DNA of 64,000 nt from Vitrella brassicaformis CCMP3155. Taxonomy: Eukaryota > Protista > Chromerida. Within the stretch, counting starts at the first letter, position 1, and each line of letters starts with the position of its first letter. The notes beneath the pieces are model-generated. The model did no database searches. It had not been told where the DNA came from and saw nothing but the letters and a program-made list of their open reading frames with translations. The stretch spans positions 1 to 64,000 of the forward strand of contig CDMY01000040.1 of assembly GCA_001179505.1 (NCBI GenBank). Direction: 5' to 3'. Shown here piece after piece: positions 13,229 through 24,589 of this stretch. Made by a program: the position numbers and the translations under genes.

Positions 13229-14160
13229 ATGCAGCGGTCAGGCCGTCATTGGGTTCCCCCACCCGCCATCTCAGCCGCATCCAAGAAGAAAGCCGCTCCC
13301 ACTCAGCCCAAGCAGAAGTCTGCACACTCCCCCTCCAAGAAGATACCCAAGAATGCCGGCCATCTCGAGGAGTTGAGCGAGAAGGAGAGGGCATGGCGGT
13401 TCAAGGAGCTCGTGTCGTTCATCTGTATGGAAAAGCTGCCCGAAAACGCCGAGACGATTCGGCCTTTTCGTCGGCGAGAGAGGAAAGAGGCAGATGGCAA
13501 AGTCACCGCGCGGGCACCCAATATTCTTGAGCAGCTAATCGATGCGCACTGCCTCTTGTACAATTACGGCAGCTATTTGCACCTTGACGGCCTCATCAGC
13601 AATGTGGCGGTCGACAAGGATGGGCAAGTCTATGTCTTTGATCTTGGAGGAGCTCTCTCAATGTCAAAGGGATCCGGACCTTGCACTCATCGACCCGAAG
13701 AGTGAAAGCACAAGAAGCTTGTGAGTTATTCCTCTCTCGTAAGCCAAATATCTCAGAGCTCTCCCCTTCACCCCGTTGCCACGCCGCCAAAAGCGTCAAA
13801 AACCATCACCATGAAGACACGGGTGCCAACTATCACCATGGAAGAGGTGCGAGGTGTAGGCACGTAGAACGACCACACGTGCTGTCTTGCTTGTGTCTGT
13901 GTGCAGGCGGAACACCACAGTTGACCGCACCAGAAGTGTTGCGGCAGGAGGGCTACATGCAAGCGGCAGACGTATGGTCCTTCGGAGTCATCCTGTGGTG
14001 CGGGAATGAGTTTGAAAATAAGTCATTCGTGCTCTGATCTCCCTCTAGTCACATGCATCGTAATGTCATCAGGGAGCTGCTTATGGGGAAGATTCCCTTC
14101 CGTGTATTGATAGGATCCCCTGGCCGCCCTAGAACAAGCGGCCATCAATGACTTTCACGC
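13229..14160 (+). pseudogene. Degenerate protein kinase fragment (subdomains VI-IX)
   Basis: YLHLDGLISN (catalytic-loop Asp and Asn kept, Lys lost), VFDLG, G|GTPQLTAPE, DVWSFGVILW|ELLMGKIPF. No GxGxxG or VAIK N-lobe seen; in-frame TGA at 13703; C-lobe ends early. Confidence 0.6.
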
Positions 14161-14515
14161 AGAAGATGATGAGGCCACAGAGTGGGTGATAGTATGGATA
14201 CAGACGCACAAGCGCCATTCATGTCTCTCACATGTCCCGTATTTGATTATGTGTTGGCAACAGCAACACTGTTCTCCCAACAATCACGCCCAAGGCCATC
14301 AAAAGCTCCAAGCCGCCCAAAAAATGAGTACGGTGAGTCAGCATTGTATAACTTCTAATTCATTGTTGTTTGCTTATGCTTGTTTATGCCAACAGCAACT
14401 GGCGGGACGAAGATGAGATTCATGCAGTTGCTGTTGGCATGAGCAGGCATTGGTTAGTGTTTGTTCGCAGGACGAGAGACATGAGGTTAGACAGACAGGC
14501 ATCACTGAGGCGTGT
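14150..14515 (+). repeat. Dispersed ~350-bp element, copy A, with 26-bp hairpin (14376-14450)
   Basis: Aligns by eye to 19700-20005; partial copies at about 14750-14930 and 20195-20240. Confidence 0.85.
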
Positions 14516-14959
14516 GTGCACATCAACGTTGACACACAGACACACACACACACTCACACACGGCATCCTCTGCGTCCGTGTCTATCAGGCTGGGCCTGGC
14601 TGCCACCACGAAGGGAGTGGATGGAAGCCACTGGCGGCGCCGATGATGAGACGACTCGGTGTGGGCTGTCAAAGCGAAGCTGAAGTACAACGACGGCATC
14701 ATCATTCACGCTACTGGAAACGCCGGGGCGAACAACGTGGCCTTCAGCCGTATTTAATTATGTGTTGGCAACAGCAGCAACTTTCAGCTCCCCACAATAA
14801 CACCAAAAGCAATCAAGAGCGCCAATCTGTCTGTTTGTTATTTGCTTGCGCCCTCAGTTTCAAGGCATGTTTCAAGGGCGTGGGTGTTGGTTCTTTAGGC
14901 CATGAATGTGAGACATGAGGTTAGACATCAGCCACCCTCCTCTCCATCATGTATTCAGC

Positions 14960-16500
14960 TGAGGCTCTGTGTGTGCTGCTGTAGTAGCCCATCTGCACAC
15001 ACAGGGCCGGTGTGCTGTTCATCGACCACGGCAACACGCTACACGCTCGCCAACCCGGCCCCCTGATGCGCCGCAGCGACGGCACCCCCCCCCCCCCNNN
15101 NNNNNNNNNNNNNNNNNNNNNNNNNNNNNNNNNNNNNNNNNNNNNNNNNNNNNNNNNNNNNNNNNNNNNNNNNNNNNNNNNNNNNNNNNNNNNNNNNNNN
15201 NNNNNNNNNNNNNNNNNNNNNNNNNNNNNNNNNNNNNNNNNNNNNNNNNNNNNNNNNNNNNNNNNNNNNNNNNNNNNNNNNNNNNNNNNNNNNNNNNNNN
15301 NNNNNNNNNNNNNNNNNNNNNNNNNNNNNNNNNNNNNNNNNNNNNNNNNNNNNNNNNNNNNNNNNNNNNNNNNNNNNNNNNNNNNNNNNNNNNNNNNCCC
15401 CACCCCCAATACCACCTGAAATACACACACGTGTGGATCGTGTAGATCGATACTCCTCCCCCTTCTGTGTGTGTGTGTGTGTGCAGTGTGTGTGTGTGTG
15501 TGTGTGTGCAGGGCTCAGATCCACACTCCCATCGTGAATGGGCGGCCCTCGCCTCGCTTTTTCCGGCCACCCGTGGAACAGGAACAGCAGCTGCCTGGGT
15601 ACACACAGTTCTGCGGGTCGCCAGAGCAGATGCTCCACTTGTACCGCCGGCCACAGCTCTGACCGACGACTGGATAAGGTCGGTGGGCCCCCTCTTGAGG
15701 AGTGAGGGGTGGGAGATGTGGGGGGCAGACGGCCAGGTGTCTCGCGGGGATCGTCTAAATCGTTACCTACATTTTGTATTCGGCCGAGACATATCTCTAC
15801 GGCATCGCGGCACGCCACCTTGCCCAAGAGATTACTTGAAGGGGTGGTGACGATGGAGCACAACAACCCAGCAGCCGAGGCCATCTGGCTGGGGGAGAGG
15901 TCGGTCGTCTTCAACTATGCCGTCACCATTCACAACGTGCTGCGATCGGAGAGGTGGCAGCACTACCTCGGGCGGCTGGAGGCGTGGGCTGACAAGTCCA
16001 ACGTCCAGCCCACGACGGCGCCACTGACGCCTCCATGAAGGCCTACGCCAAGGGCCCCGGCTGGTACCGCAGCATGCAGGACGCGCTCACCTGCCTCAGC
16101 TGGCGCGACACCTTCCACCGCATCTCTGAGCGAAGTGGCCATCCTAAGATGGAGGACGGAAGGCGGCACTTGCACGACCGCACCAAAGAGGAGGGCTGTG
16201 GTGGCTCGGAGACGTCATCCGGCGTCTGGAAGCCATCTGCGCGGCGGCACTGCAGTTCCTCCCCTCCGAACGGTGCACACTGGGCGACATTGAAGGCGCC
16301 CTGTCAGCCGCCATCGATGACCTCCAAGCCGCCAAGGCCATCATCGAGGCCGGCATTCCGCAAGCGGCGAGCCGAGCCGCCGCGCCCTCGCTGCCATCCA
16401 CAGCTGCGTCACCCGACCAGCCCCTCGCCGTGCCACCCTCATCTGAGGCGGCGTCCCCCCTGGCGCCTTTTGCTCCGTTTCCTCGGCTACCCCAAGTATC
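14960..16500 (+). pseudogene. Frameshifted kinase-like pseudogene, paralogue of 18740-19699, interrupted by a gap
   Basis: GVLFIDHG (DFG-like), QFCGSPEQM, CAAALQFLPSERCTL. Versus the 18.7-kb copy it has a frameshift near 15648, an insertion of about 40 bp near 15750, and 1-bp deletions in homopolymers near 16008 and 16192. Confidence 0.7.
15098..15397. other. Assembly gap (300 N) flanked by poly-C
   Basis: N run. Confidence 1.
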
Positions 16501-17278
16501 TAGACGGGGCACACGATGACCGAATATGGGAGGGAGAGAGGCCACACAGAACTGGTCTGGGTGCCTGTCTGTCTGCCTTTGGCTTTAATGTCAGGATATT
16601 GCTGTCTGCATTTTATATTCGACGGAGACATAACCTGATGGAGAGGCGGCAGTTTCTCGCAGGTAGGTGTAGGCAGTGCAGCTCGGCGTGTGCTGCGCCC
16701 TACGAGACCCCACTGCACACCTTCTACGCATACGTATACCCCGCGATGGTAGGTCACCCACCCACAGTGCATCCTTTGGATGCATCAATTGCCTTGCATT
16801 GATCTGCGCGTGTGTGACCATATGTATGCAGCGGACGGTGGGCGGGCGGGCTGGATCCGACTCCGGCGCGACGTCGGGCGGGCAGGCAGTCAGTCTGTCG
16901 GCCGAACTGCACTCCCGCCCGGTGGCCGTGGCTGGATATGCAGTCAGTCTGCTTTTTGAGGCAGAGCGGATCCGACTTCTTCTACTCCCAGGGTACAGGT
17001 GGCGGGCCGCGAGTGCTCGACATGTGGGCATTGAAGCGCGACGACACCGTATCCGGCTACGGCATACCGAATGCATGTCCGTACGACGAGGACAGTGGGG
17101 AGAGGGGGGTGAGGGGCAGGGTGCTCTGTGTGAGGGTAAGAGGGGCGATAAGGCTGGGAGGGAGGGAGGGAGACAAGGGCATCGCAGACACGCAGAGAGC
17201 CCTCGGTGGGTACACACACACACACAACGCGCATTGACAAGCCTCCCTGTCGGTCCATCAATCATTGACTGACTGCAG

Positions 17279-18612
17279 GGGTGGAAAGCTTCGGCATCAT
17301 CCTCCCGCAGCGCTACATCCGTCAGCTCCTGAGGGACGGCCTGTTCCAAATGGTGAGTGAAACAAACGCACCTGAGGCAATCGTCAATGAGCTGCATCTT
17401 TGTTTGTTGCCTTGACTTGTGTGTGGCATCCCTGCAGAGGGTGTGTGAGATTTGCGCTTTGCTGCTCCAGCAGAACCTGTCTGCCGGGCCGCTGCAGACG
17501 GCACTGGAGATCCGCACCCGCGCATCGGAGAGCCGCTCATCTAAGGATCAGGAGGACACCGACAGGGAGGACACGGACAAGGAGGAGATCGACAAGGAGG
17601 AGATCGACCGCATTGTGCACGAGAAGGCCCACGAGGCGGCACTCGCTGTGAAAGAACTCCTCCTCAGCCGCAGTAGGCACGCCTCTAGCGAGACAGAATG
17701 GGTGGAGGAATGCGCCCCTTCCATGTGTGTGTGTATGTGTGCGTGTGTGCAGCGGCTGAGGCCCGCCGACTGGCAAGCGCCACACCACACCACACACACC
17801 GGCATCCACCGACCGTGTGTCATGCCACACACTTCTTCCTTTGTCTGTCTGTGTCTGTGTGTGCCAGGCCAAAATAAAGGACTCGGGACTCAACCTGCAG
17901 CAGACGCTCGAACGCCTCGGCGGCGTGGCGCGACGAATGCACGACATGCCGCTGGTCCAGGAGATCCGTATGATCAGCCGTGCCCGCGACTTCCTGGAGC
18001 GGATGGCCCAGCACCCCCAAGCCCGACAGGTAAGGGGTCGATGGGAGAGTGGCCGACGGACAGACACCCAGATGGCTGATTGGTGTCTCCCTCTCCCCTT
18101 TGTATGCAGGAGCGTCGGCTGACGATGCACGCAGACGTTATCCAGCTCTTCAACAACATCGGAGTCAGCCAACAGCGCACAGCACACACATCCAGTCTCC
18201 TCTCGGCACGTGTCTCTCTCCTGTGCCGTCATGCAGATTGAGAAGACCCCCACGACCCTCGATGACGTACGAGCCTCCCTGACCTACGCCAACAAAGTAC
18301 TGGACCACTACAAGAAAGAACAGGTCAGCAGTTGTCGATTCGCCACACACGCAGGCACACCGAACACATCACATGCCTTGCCGCTCTTGCCATCAGGCCA
18401 GGCGGTGCCAGGCGCTCAAGAGGCGCCAGGAGGATTTGCAGCGACAAATTTCCGGTCAGTTCATGTATGTCTGCAGCTGTACCACACCATGTCGTTCTCT
18501 GTCTTGCCTGCTTCTGACATGCAGAGGTTGAGCAGGAGCTGCGATCCCTGTCGTTGGAGGAGCGAGATGCCCGCATCGAGCTCCGCAAGTTGGAGTCGAA
18601 ACTCCCAAAGTG
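17279..18612 (+). CDS. Multi-exon coiled-coil hypothetical protein, 5' end unresolved
   Basis: Phase-compatible exons RVCEICALLLQQ..., AKIKDSGLNLQQTLERL..., IEKTPTTLDDVRASL...KKEQ|ARRCQALKRRQEDLQRQIS|EVEQELRSL...ESKLPK*. Confidence 0.55.
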
Positions 18613-18739
18613 ATCGAACAACCCCCACATCATACTAATACTACAGGTATGGTGCGTGTATTCCAATGCATTGCGTGCCACAGCATGCCACATGCATGTG
18701 TGTGTGTGTGTTGTGTGTGTCGCTCTGCCTGCCTGCCAG

Positions 18740-19699
18740 GTGGATGAGGAACAGCAGCTTCCTGGGCACACGCAGTTCTGCGGGTCGCCAGAGCAGATGC
18801 TCCATTTGTACCGCCGGAACGACCTCGCCAAAGACTGGTGCAAGTGGATTGGCCCCTTTTGGGAGGAGGAGCGGGAGGTGCGGGGGGCAGACGGCCAGAT
18901 GTGCCGTCAGCACATCGGCGCGATGGCGAATGCTGCACTGGCCGAGCTGCATGCCGACGGGGTGGCGACCATGGAGCGCAACAACCCAGCAGCCGAGGCC
19001 ATCTGGATGGGGGAAAGGTCGGTGGTCTTCAACTATGCCGTCACCCTCCACAACGTGCTGCTGTCGGAGAGGTGGGAGCAGTACCTCGGGCGGCTGGGGG
19101 CGTGGGCTGACAAGTTCAACCTCCAGCCCCACGACGGTGCCACTGAGGAGCAGAAGAAGGACTACGCCAAGGGCCCCGGCTTGTACCGCAGCATGCAAGA
19201 CGCACTCACGAGCCTCAGCTGGCGGGACACCTTCGACCGCATCTCTGAGCCAAGTGGCCATCCCAAGATGGAGGACGGAAGGCGGCACTTGCACGACCGC
19301 ACCAAGGAGGAGGGGCTGTGGTGGCTCGGAGACGTCATCCGGCGTCTGGAAGCCATCTGCGCGGCGGCACTGCGGTTCCTCCCCTCCGAACGGTGCACAC
19401 TGGGCGACATGGAAGCCGACCTGTCAGCCGCCATCGACGACCTGGAAGGCGCCAAGGCCATCATCGAGTCCGGCATTCCGCCCGCGGGGAGCCCAGCCGC
19501 CGCGCCCTCGCTGCCATCGACAGCTGCGTCACCCGACCAGCCCCTCGCAGCGCCGCCCCCATCCAAGGCGTGGTCCCTTCTGGCGCCGTTGGTGCCCTTC
19601 CTCGGCCTCCCCACCGACAGAGAAGACGGCGAGGCCGATGCCGACATGTTTGAGTATGGGAGAGGCAGAGGACGAGACCCTGTTCGTGCGGGAGGTTAA
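18740..19699 (+). pseudogene. Kinase-like C-lobe exon (open frame) with no identifiable N-lobe or catalytic-loop exons upstream
   Basis: QFCGSPEQM resembles the P+1 loop; ICAAALRFLPSERCTLGDM resembles subdomain XI. About 80% nucleotide similarity by eye to 15570-16500. Confidence 0.5.
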
Positions 19700-20005
19700 C
19701 GCAGACGAGGACGAGGCCACAGAGTATGGATACAGACGCACAGACGCACATACATTCACATGTCCTGTATTTATGTGTTGGCAACAGCAACACTGTTCTC
19801 CCAACAATCACACCCAAGGCCATCAAAAGCTCGAAGCCACCCAAGAAATGAGTACGGTGAGTGAGCATCGTATAACTTCTAATCCATTGTTGTTTGCTTA
19901 TGCCTGCTTATGCCAACAGCAACTGGCGGGACGAAGATGAGATTCATGCAGTGCTTAGTATTGGTTAGTGTTTGTTCGCAAGACGAGAGACATGAGGTTA
20001 GACAG
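19700..20005 (+). repeat. Dispersed ~350-bp element, copy B (3' hairpin arm deleted)
   Basis: Alignment to 14150-14515. Confidence 0.85.
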
Positions 20006-20336
20006 CAGTGTGTGTCAGGTTGTGCGAAGAAGGCCGAGATGGGAGAATGCGATTGCAGCAATCAATCGCTGCTTACATTTTATATTCCGATGGCTGGGAC
20101 CGCGAATTGACGTGTACTTGCTAGTCAGTGTGGTTGCATTGGACAAGTACTCATTCACTCATAATCCATTCATCAGAAATGATGGAATGCGTCGCCATGA
20201 ATGTGAGACATGAGGTTAGACAGACAGGCATCACTGGGACGCGGCTGCGAACTGACTGAGCAGTGCCGCCCCCTTCGATATCACCAGACCCACACCACCT
20301 GCACACAGATACGCACACAGAGGACGCCAGACACAT

Positions 20337-22734
20337 TCATGCCACTGTGGGCCGGATCACGATACCGGCGTTGATGTCATTCATTCTGTGACCTGCTTGT
20401 GTCTGTGGAGCTGCCTTGTAGTCGATGGCCGGCTCAGCCTGCCCGCCGACGTACACCTGAATGTCTGTGGTCGTGTCCTTGACAGTCAGCTCATACACCA
20501 CGGAGGGAACCACAGACACCTGCAGAGCAGCCAACCGTACATATCTATCTTGTTGCCATGTGTGCTTGTGGCCGGCCGCTCTGACTGACTTGTTGCGTGG
20601 CGACTGTGCTGGAGGGATATCCCGCTCTCTCGTGTGTCAGTACCACACTGCTCGGCTCACTCGTGTTGAGCTGCACTGTGTACCTGAACGTCACACACAC
20701 ACACACACACAGATACACACATACACACGCGCTCATAAATCAGTGTGTGCTCACTCACATGTCGTTTGGCGTGCGTCTGAAGGCGATGCCGGCCGTGCTG
20801 TCTTGCTCCAGCGTGACGGCTGCGGTGTACACGCCCGACAGTCATGGCGGTGGCCTCTGTCTTGGTGGTGAGTTGGCACATGCCGCTCTTGGCCGTTAGT
20901 TGCAACCAAGTCTGTCTGGTGGGGCTCTCCCAATCGTCCAGACGGGGCCGTCGCGAACCCACTGAAGATATACACACACGCCATGGATTGTCTCTCTCTC
21001 TCTCTCTCTCTCTCCCTCTGTGGGTGTCTTGTCATCACCTGGTAGTCGCATCCGGGCTGTCTCTCCTGTCTAGGCGCCACTTGTGGTTCAGCGGCTGGGG
21101 GGGCGGGGCCGCGAAGGGCGAGAGTGGACGATGGGCGGCTGGGGAGGCCGACCTGTGGTGTCTCGCCAGTTGGGCGGGGTGTCTCTTGGAAGGTGTAGTC
21201 GGTGGCGGCGAATGGGGGCACGGGCACTGTCTCGTCGTCCTCCTCTTCTGCTGCTGCCGCTTGTGGTGCCTGTGCTGGGGGCGATGGCTCATGGTGTGGA
21301 GTAACAGGCGCCTCTCGCACAATTGCAGCCTTGGCCGCCGTGCCACCATTCAACACATGCGCCTGACATAGCCACACACAGAAAGGTCTGTCTGTCTGTC
21401 TGGGGGCCACTTTGCTCGCCTTGTGTTCTTCCGCAGGGAATGCCCCTTGTGGCGCCTCTTTGGCCTTCTCGCTGAGCGGGCCGGCGACGAAGTGATAAAA
21501 AAAATGCTGGTGCTTTCGCGAACATGCCGCAGTAGGCCCTCTCGGTCTCGGGATGGCCTGTCACGTCGGCAGCCACCTGATCAATCACACACACACAAAG
21601 AGGGAGAACATGTAACATGTATGCACGCGCCCCTTCCTGCGCTCCCCCTTGTGTGTCTGTGCCTGCATGGCTCCATCGACGAAGACTCTGATGTGTTTGG
21701 TGCCGAAGTCGACGGCCAAGTTGTAAAACCGACTCGTCTTGACGGGATACTCTGTGTGTGTGGATGGCAGAGACACAGAGACACGCGTCGATGCATCCAT
21801 CCGTCGATGCGCTAATGAATGTGTGTGGCCTCACCGACTGATGCGAGTTTGGTCGTGGACCCCTCCTTGACGCGGCCGACGTCGATGGAGCTCTTGTGTC
21901 CCTTCCTGCTGTGATGAAGCTCTGCGAAGAGATATGTGGCGTTGCCGGTCACCCTGAACACCAGACCAGCAGCCGCCTCGTCAGCGGGATTCTCCCGCTA
22001 ATACAACCAACCAAAGAGATACACAGATGCAGAGAGTGACTGCACGTGTGGCTGGCTCTTTGGCTGGCTCACGAGGAAGACTTGAGCGAATACGAATCCT
22101 CTGTTGGTCTTGACGGAACGGTTTATCAGCATCGATTTGCGAGCGAGGGTGGCCGTCTGTACGATGACGGCCGAGTGCGGGGCCGCCTCCTCCTCGTCGC
22201 GTGCGATGCGCCAGTGGGACTGCTGTGTCGAGTCGATGACATTCTAGGCGGCTGTGAGGTCCTCTCTGTAGCCGTACGTCTCACGGTACACACCACCATC
22301 AGCAGCAGAGGGGGGCTGATGGTTGCTGTGGCTGTCGTGATGGTGCAGTAGCTGCGACAGACGAGCGCTCCTCTCGGCCATGGCAGACGAGTACTCTGAG
22401 CGTGAGACACAACAAGGAGAGACATGATGTGATGAGCCATGAACGAGTGAGATCGTTTTTGATTGTCTCCTCTACCTCTCAGTGTGTCCTTGATGGATGA
22501 ATGTAGCTGCTCGAACCGTTCTTCATGCATGCCAGACGAGTGGCTGAGGGCCTGCAGCTGCTGCCGGCTGTTAGCGAGACGCTCCTTCCCTGCCTCGGCT
22601 TTCTTCTCCAGGGCTCGCATGTTTCGCAAGCTGGCCAGCATCTCATTGTTGCGCTCAGCCAGTGAGTCAGATGAGTCATCGGCGCACCAGCACGACGTGG
22701 CGAACAGCGAGACCAGCAGCACCAGGGTCTTCAT
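20337..22734 (-). CDS. Secreted protein: signal peptide, coiled coil, concanavalin-A-like (LamG/DUF1080-like) beta-sandwich, Pro-rich linker; contains in-frame TAG at 22244-22246
   Basis: MKTLVLLVSLFATSCWCA signal. Exons join in phase: ...EDLTAA*NVIDSTQQSHWRI...FAQVFL|RENPADEAAAGLVFRVTGNATYLFAEL...ASV|EYPVKTSRFYNLAVDFGTKHIRVFVDG. 3' exons less certain. Confidence 0.65.
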
Positions 22735-23251
22735 GCTGTCACTGTCACTCTTCCTCACCAGACAGTTTGAGGCCACTTTGACGAGAAGCAGTGTTTGAAT
22801 TGAGGCAGTCCCTGCTTCTGTCAAACAGAGTTGGCTGAGGCCGTACACACATACATACATGAATGTACAAGTGTGTCTACTATATATACGTGTGTGGTGC
22901 TTGTGCGTCTACTGCACGTGTGTGATACTCGCCACTGGACCACAGACAGTGCATGAAAACAACCACAAGTAAACACACACAACGCGCCCAAACTCGGCAT
23001 CTCATCCTTCCCCTCCCGAGCTGCAGTGAGTGGAAACCAAGTGCCACGCCCATATTCAACGTGTGTGTTTGGCTGCCATCACATTGAGTTGAATGCGAGT
23101 GTGTGTGTGTGTTCACGCAATACACATTCATTCATTCATTCGTTCATTCATTCATTCATCGGTCGGGGCACCGTCACACACCAGTGTCAACAAAGAAAGA
23201 AAGAAACCAACCAAAAGAAAAACCCCATAGCCAGCTGCCCCTCTCCCTCAC

Positions 23252-24340
23252 TCATTCAACAGCAAGGTAGAGGTTGATGTCTAAGCTCAGCTCTGCAAAC
23301 TCTCCTTCACTCACGGGCGGCAGCTTCTTGACTTTCCGCTTCAGATTGAACCCGTGCCACTCCCCCTTGCAGTGAGACCGGTACTCAGGCGCCTCCTGAA
23401 ACCCAACTTGACACGTCGAACACGTGAACTTCTGCCTGGTGGTCTCATTATCACCCTCGCCTCTGCTTGCCGGCTGGTGGTCGCTCGCTGCAGTGTCGCC
23501 TGCCGGCGCGCTGGATCTTGTTGCTGCCTCCTGCTGGTTGTTGTCTGGCTCTTTGTGCCGTCCTCGTAGCGGTCGGGCTGGAGGCTTGCTGATGCCCGTA
23601 GCGCCCGCATTTGAGCTGAGCAGCTGGAGGGAGCCGGGAGGGGCGAGCTCTTTCAGCACCATGTGGTCAAGCTGCCGATAGTGACTAGGCTCGCAGCAGA
23701 ACACCACACTATAGCCACCTGACTCAGTCTCGGTCTCGATGACGGCCTCAAGAGCCGCCAGCGTCTCGTGGACCTTGTCACGATGTGTGGCGTCACATGT
23801 GATCTGCAGGCGCATCTTGGCTCGCGCGATGGACTCGGGCATCTGTGTGACGAGCATGTCGATGGCCTTGAGGGCCTGCTTCTTGGCTGGCTCGTTCTGC
23901 TTGACCGAGTAGCCGAGGTCCTTGAGAGCCGACTCCACCATGTTCGTCGTCAGCGGCAGGCCCGTCTTGAGATTGACGCACTTCTCGGCGACAATGCCGA
24001 CGATGTCCTTGAGCAGCGAGTCCTGGACATGGTGCCGCTCCTTCTCGCTCACTTGGATCTCGCCCTTCTCGAGTATCAGCCGGCACACAGTGTCCTCATC
24101 GGTCGTCCCGAACGCCATCTGCACGTCGTCTTTGTTGGCGTACTGTCCCTTGCCGACGTTCGAGAAGACAGCACGGATCTGTAGCACTTCGTCGAGGTCC
24201 TTCTCGATGCCCGAGCGGTAGTTGAGCACCTTGTTCTTGTAGCACGCCACCTCGAAGCGCTTCCCATGAGTCTTGTAGCGCACCACAGCCACATTGGTCA
24301 GACGCACCTGACCGACAGGCTGAAACACACCACGGGACAT
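23252..24340 (-). CDS. SBDS: Ribosome maturation factor SBDS/Sdo1 with C-terminal C2H2 zinc finger, intronless
   Basis: QPVGQVRLTNVAVVRYKTHGKRFEVACYKNKV...DLDEVLQ...VFSNVGKGQ; KKQAL; terminal CSTC...HCKGEWHGFNLKRK. Confidence 0.97.
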   Translation of the reverse strand: MSRGVFQPVGQVRLTNVAVVRYKTHGKRFEVACYKNKVLNYRSGIEKDLDEVLQIRAVFSNVGKGQYANKDDVQMAFGTTDEDTVCRLILEKGEIQVSEKERHHVQDSLLKDIVGIVAEKCVNLKTGLPLTTNMVESALKDLGYSVKQNEPAKKQALKAIDMLVTQMPESIARAKMRLQITCDATHRDKVHETLAALEAVIETETESGGYSVVFCCEPSHYRQLDHMVLKELAPPGSLQLLSSNAGATGISKPPARPLRGRHKEPDNNQQEAATRSSAPAGDTAASDHQPASRGEGDNETTRQKFTCSTCQVGFQEAPEYRSHCKGEWHGFNLKRKVKKLPPVSEGEFAELSLDINLYLAVE

Positions 24341-24447
24341 CGTTGGATCACGGTCAGAGATTATCAGGTCGGTGTGGATGCGGCTGCACAGCTGTGCCAG
24401 CCACCATCAGGCCCGTCCCTTGGCTTTTCTCTCCAGCTCTTCTCTTT

Positions 24448-24455
24448 TGCGAGCT
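24448..24455 (+). promoter_or_regulatory. TGCGAGCT candidate promoter motif
   Basis: In the 250-bp SBDS/ERp29 divergent interval. Confidence 0.5.
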
Positions 24456-24589
24456 GCTAAGCGATCATCTGCCGATCTTGCACACGTGGCGGAAACGGCT
24501 CTCCGACTGGCCAGCCCAAAGCTTGTGTGACAGATCTCTTTCCGACTGGCCACCGCCCTTTTCTTTTCTGCGGAGAACGCGTCGCGACG

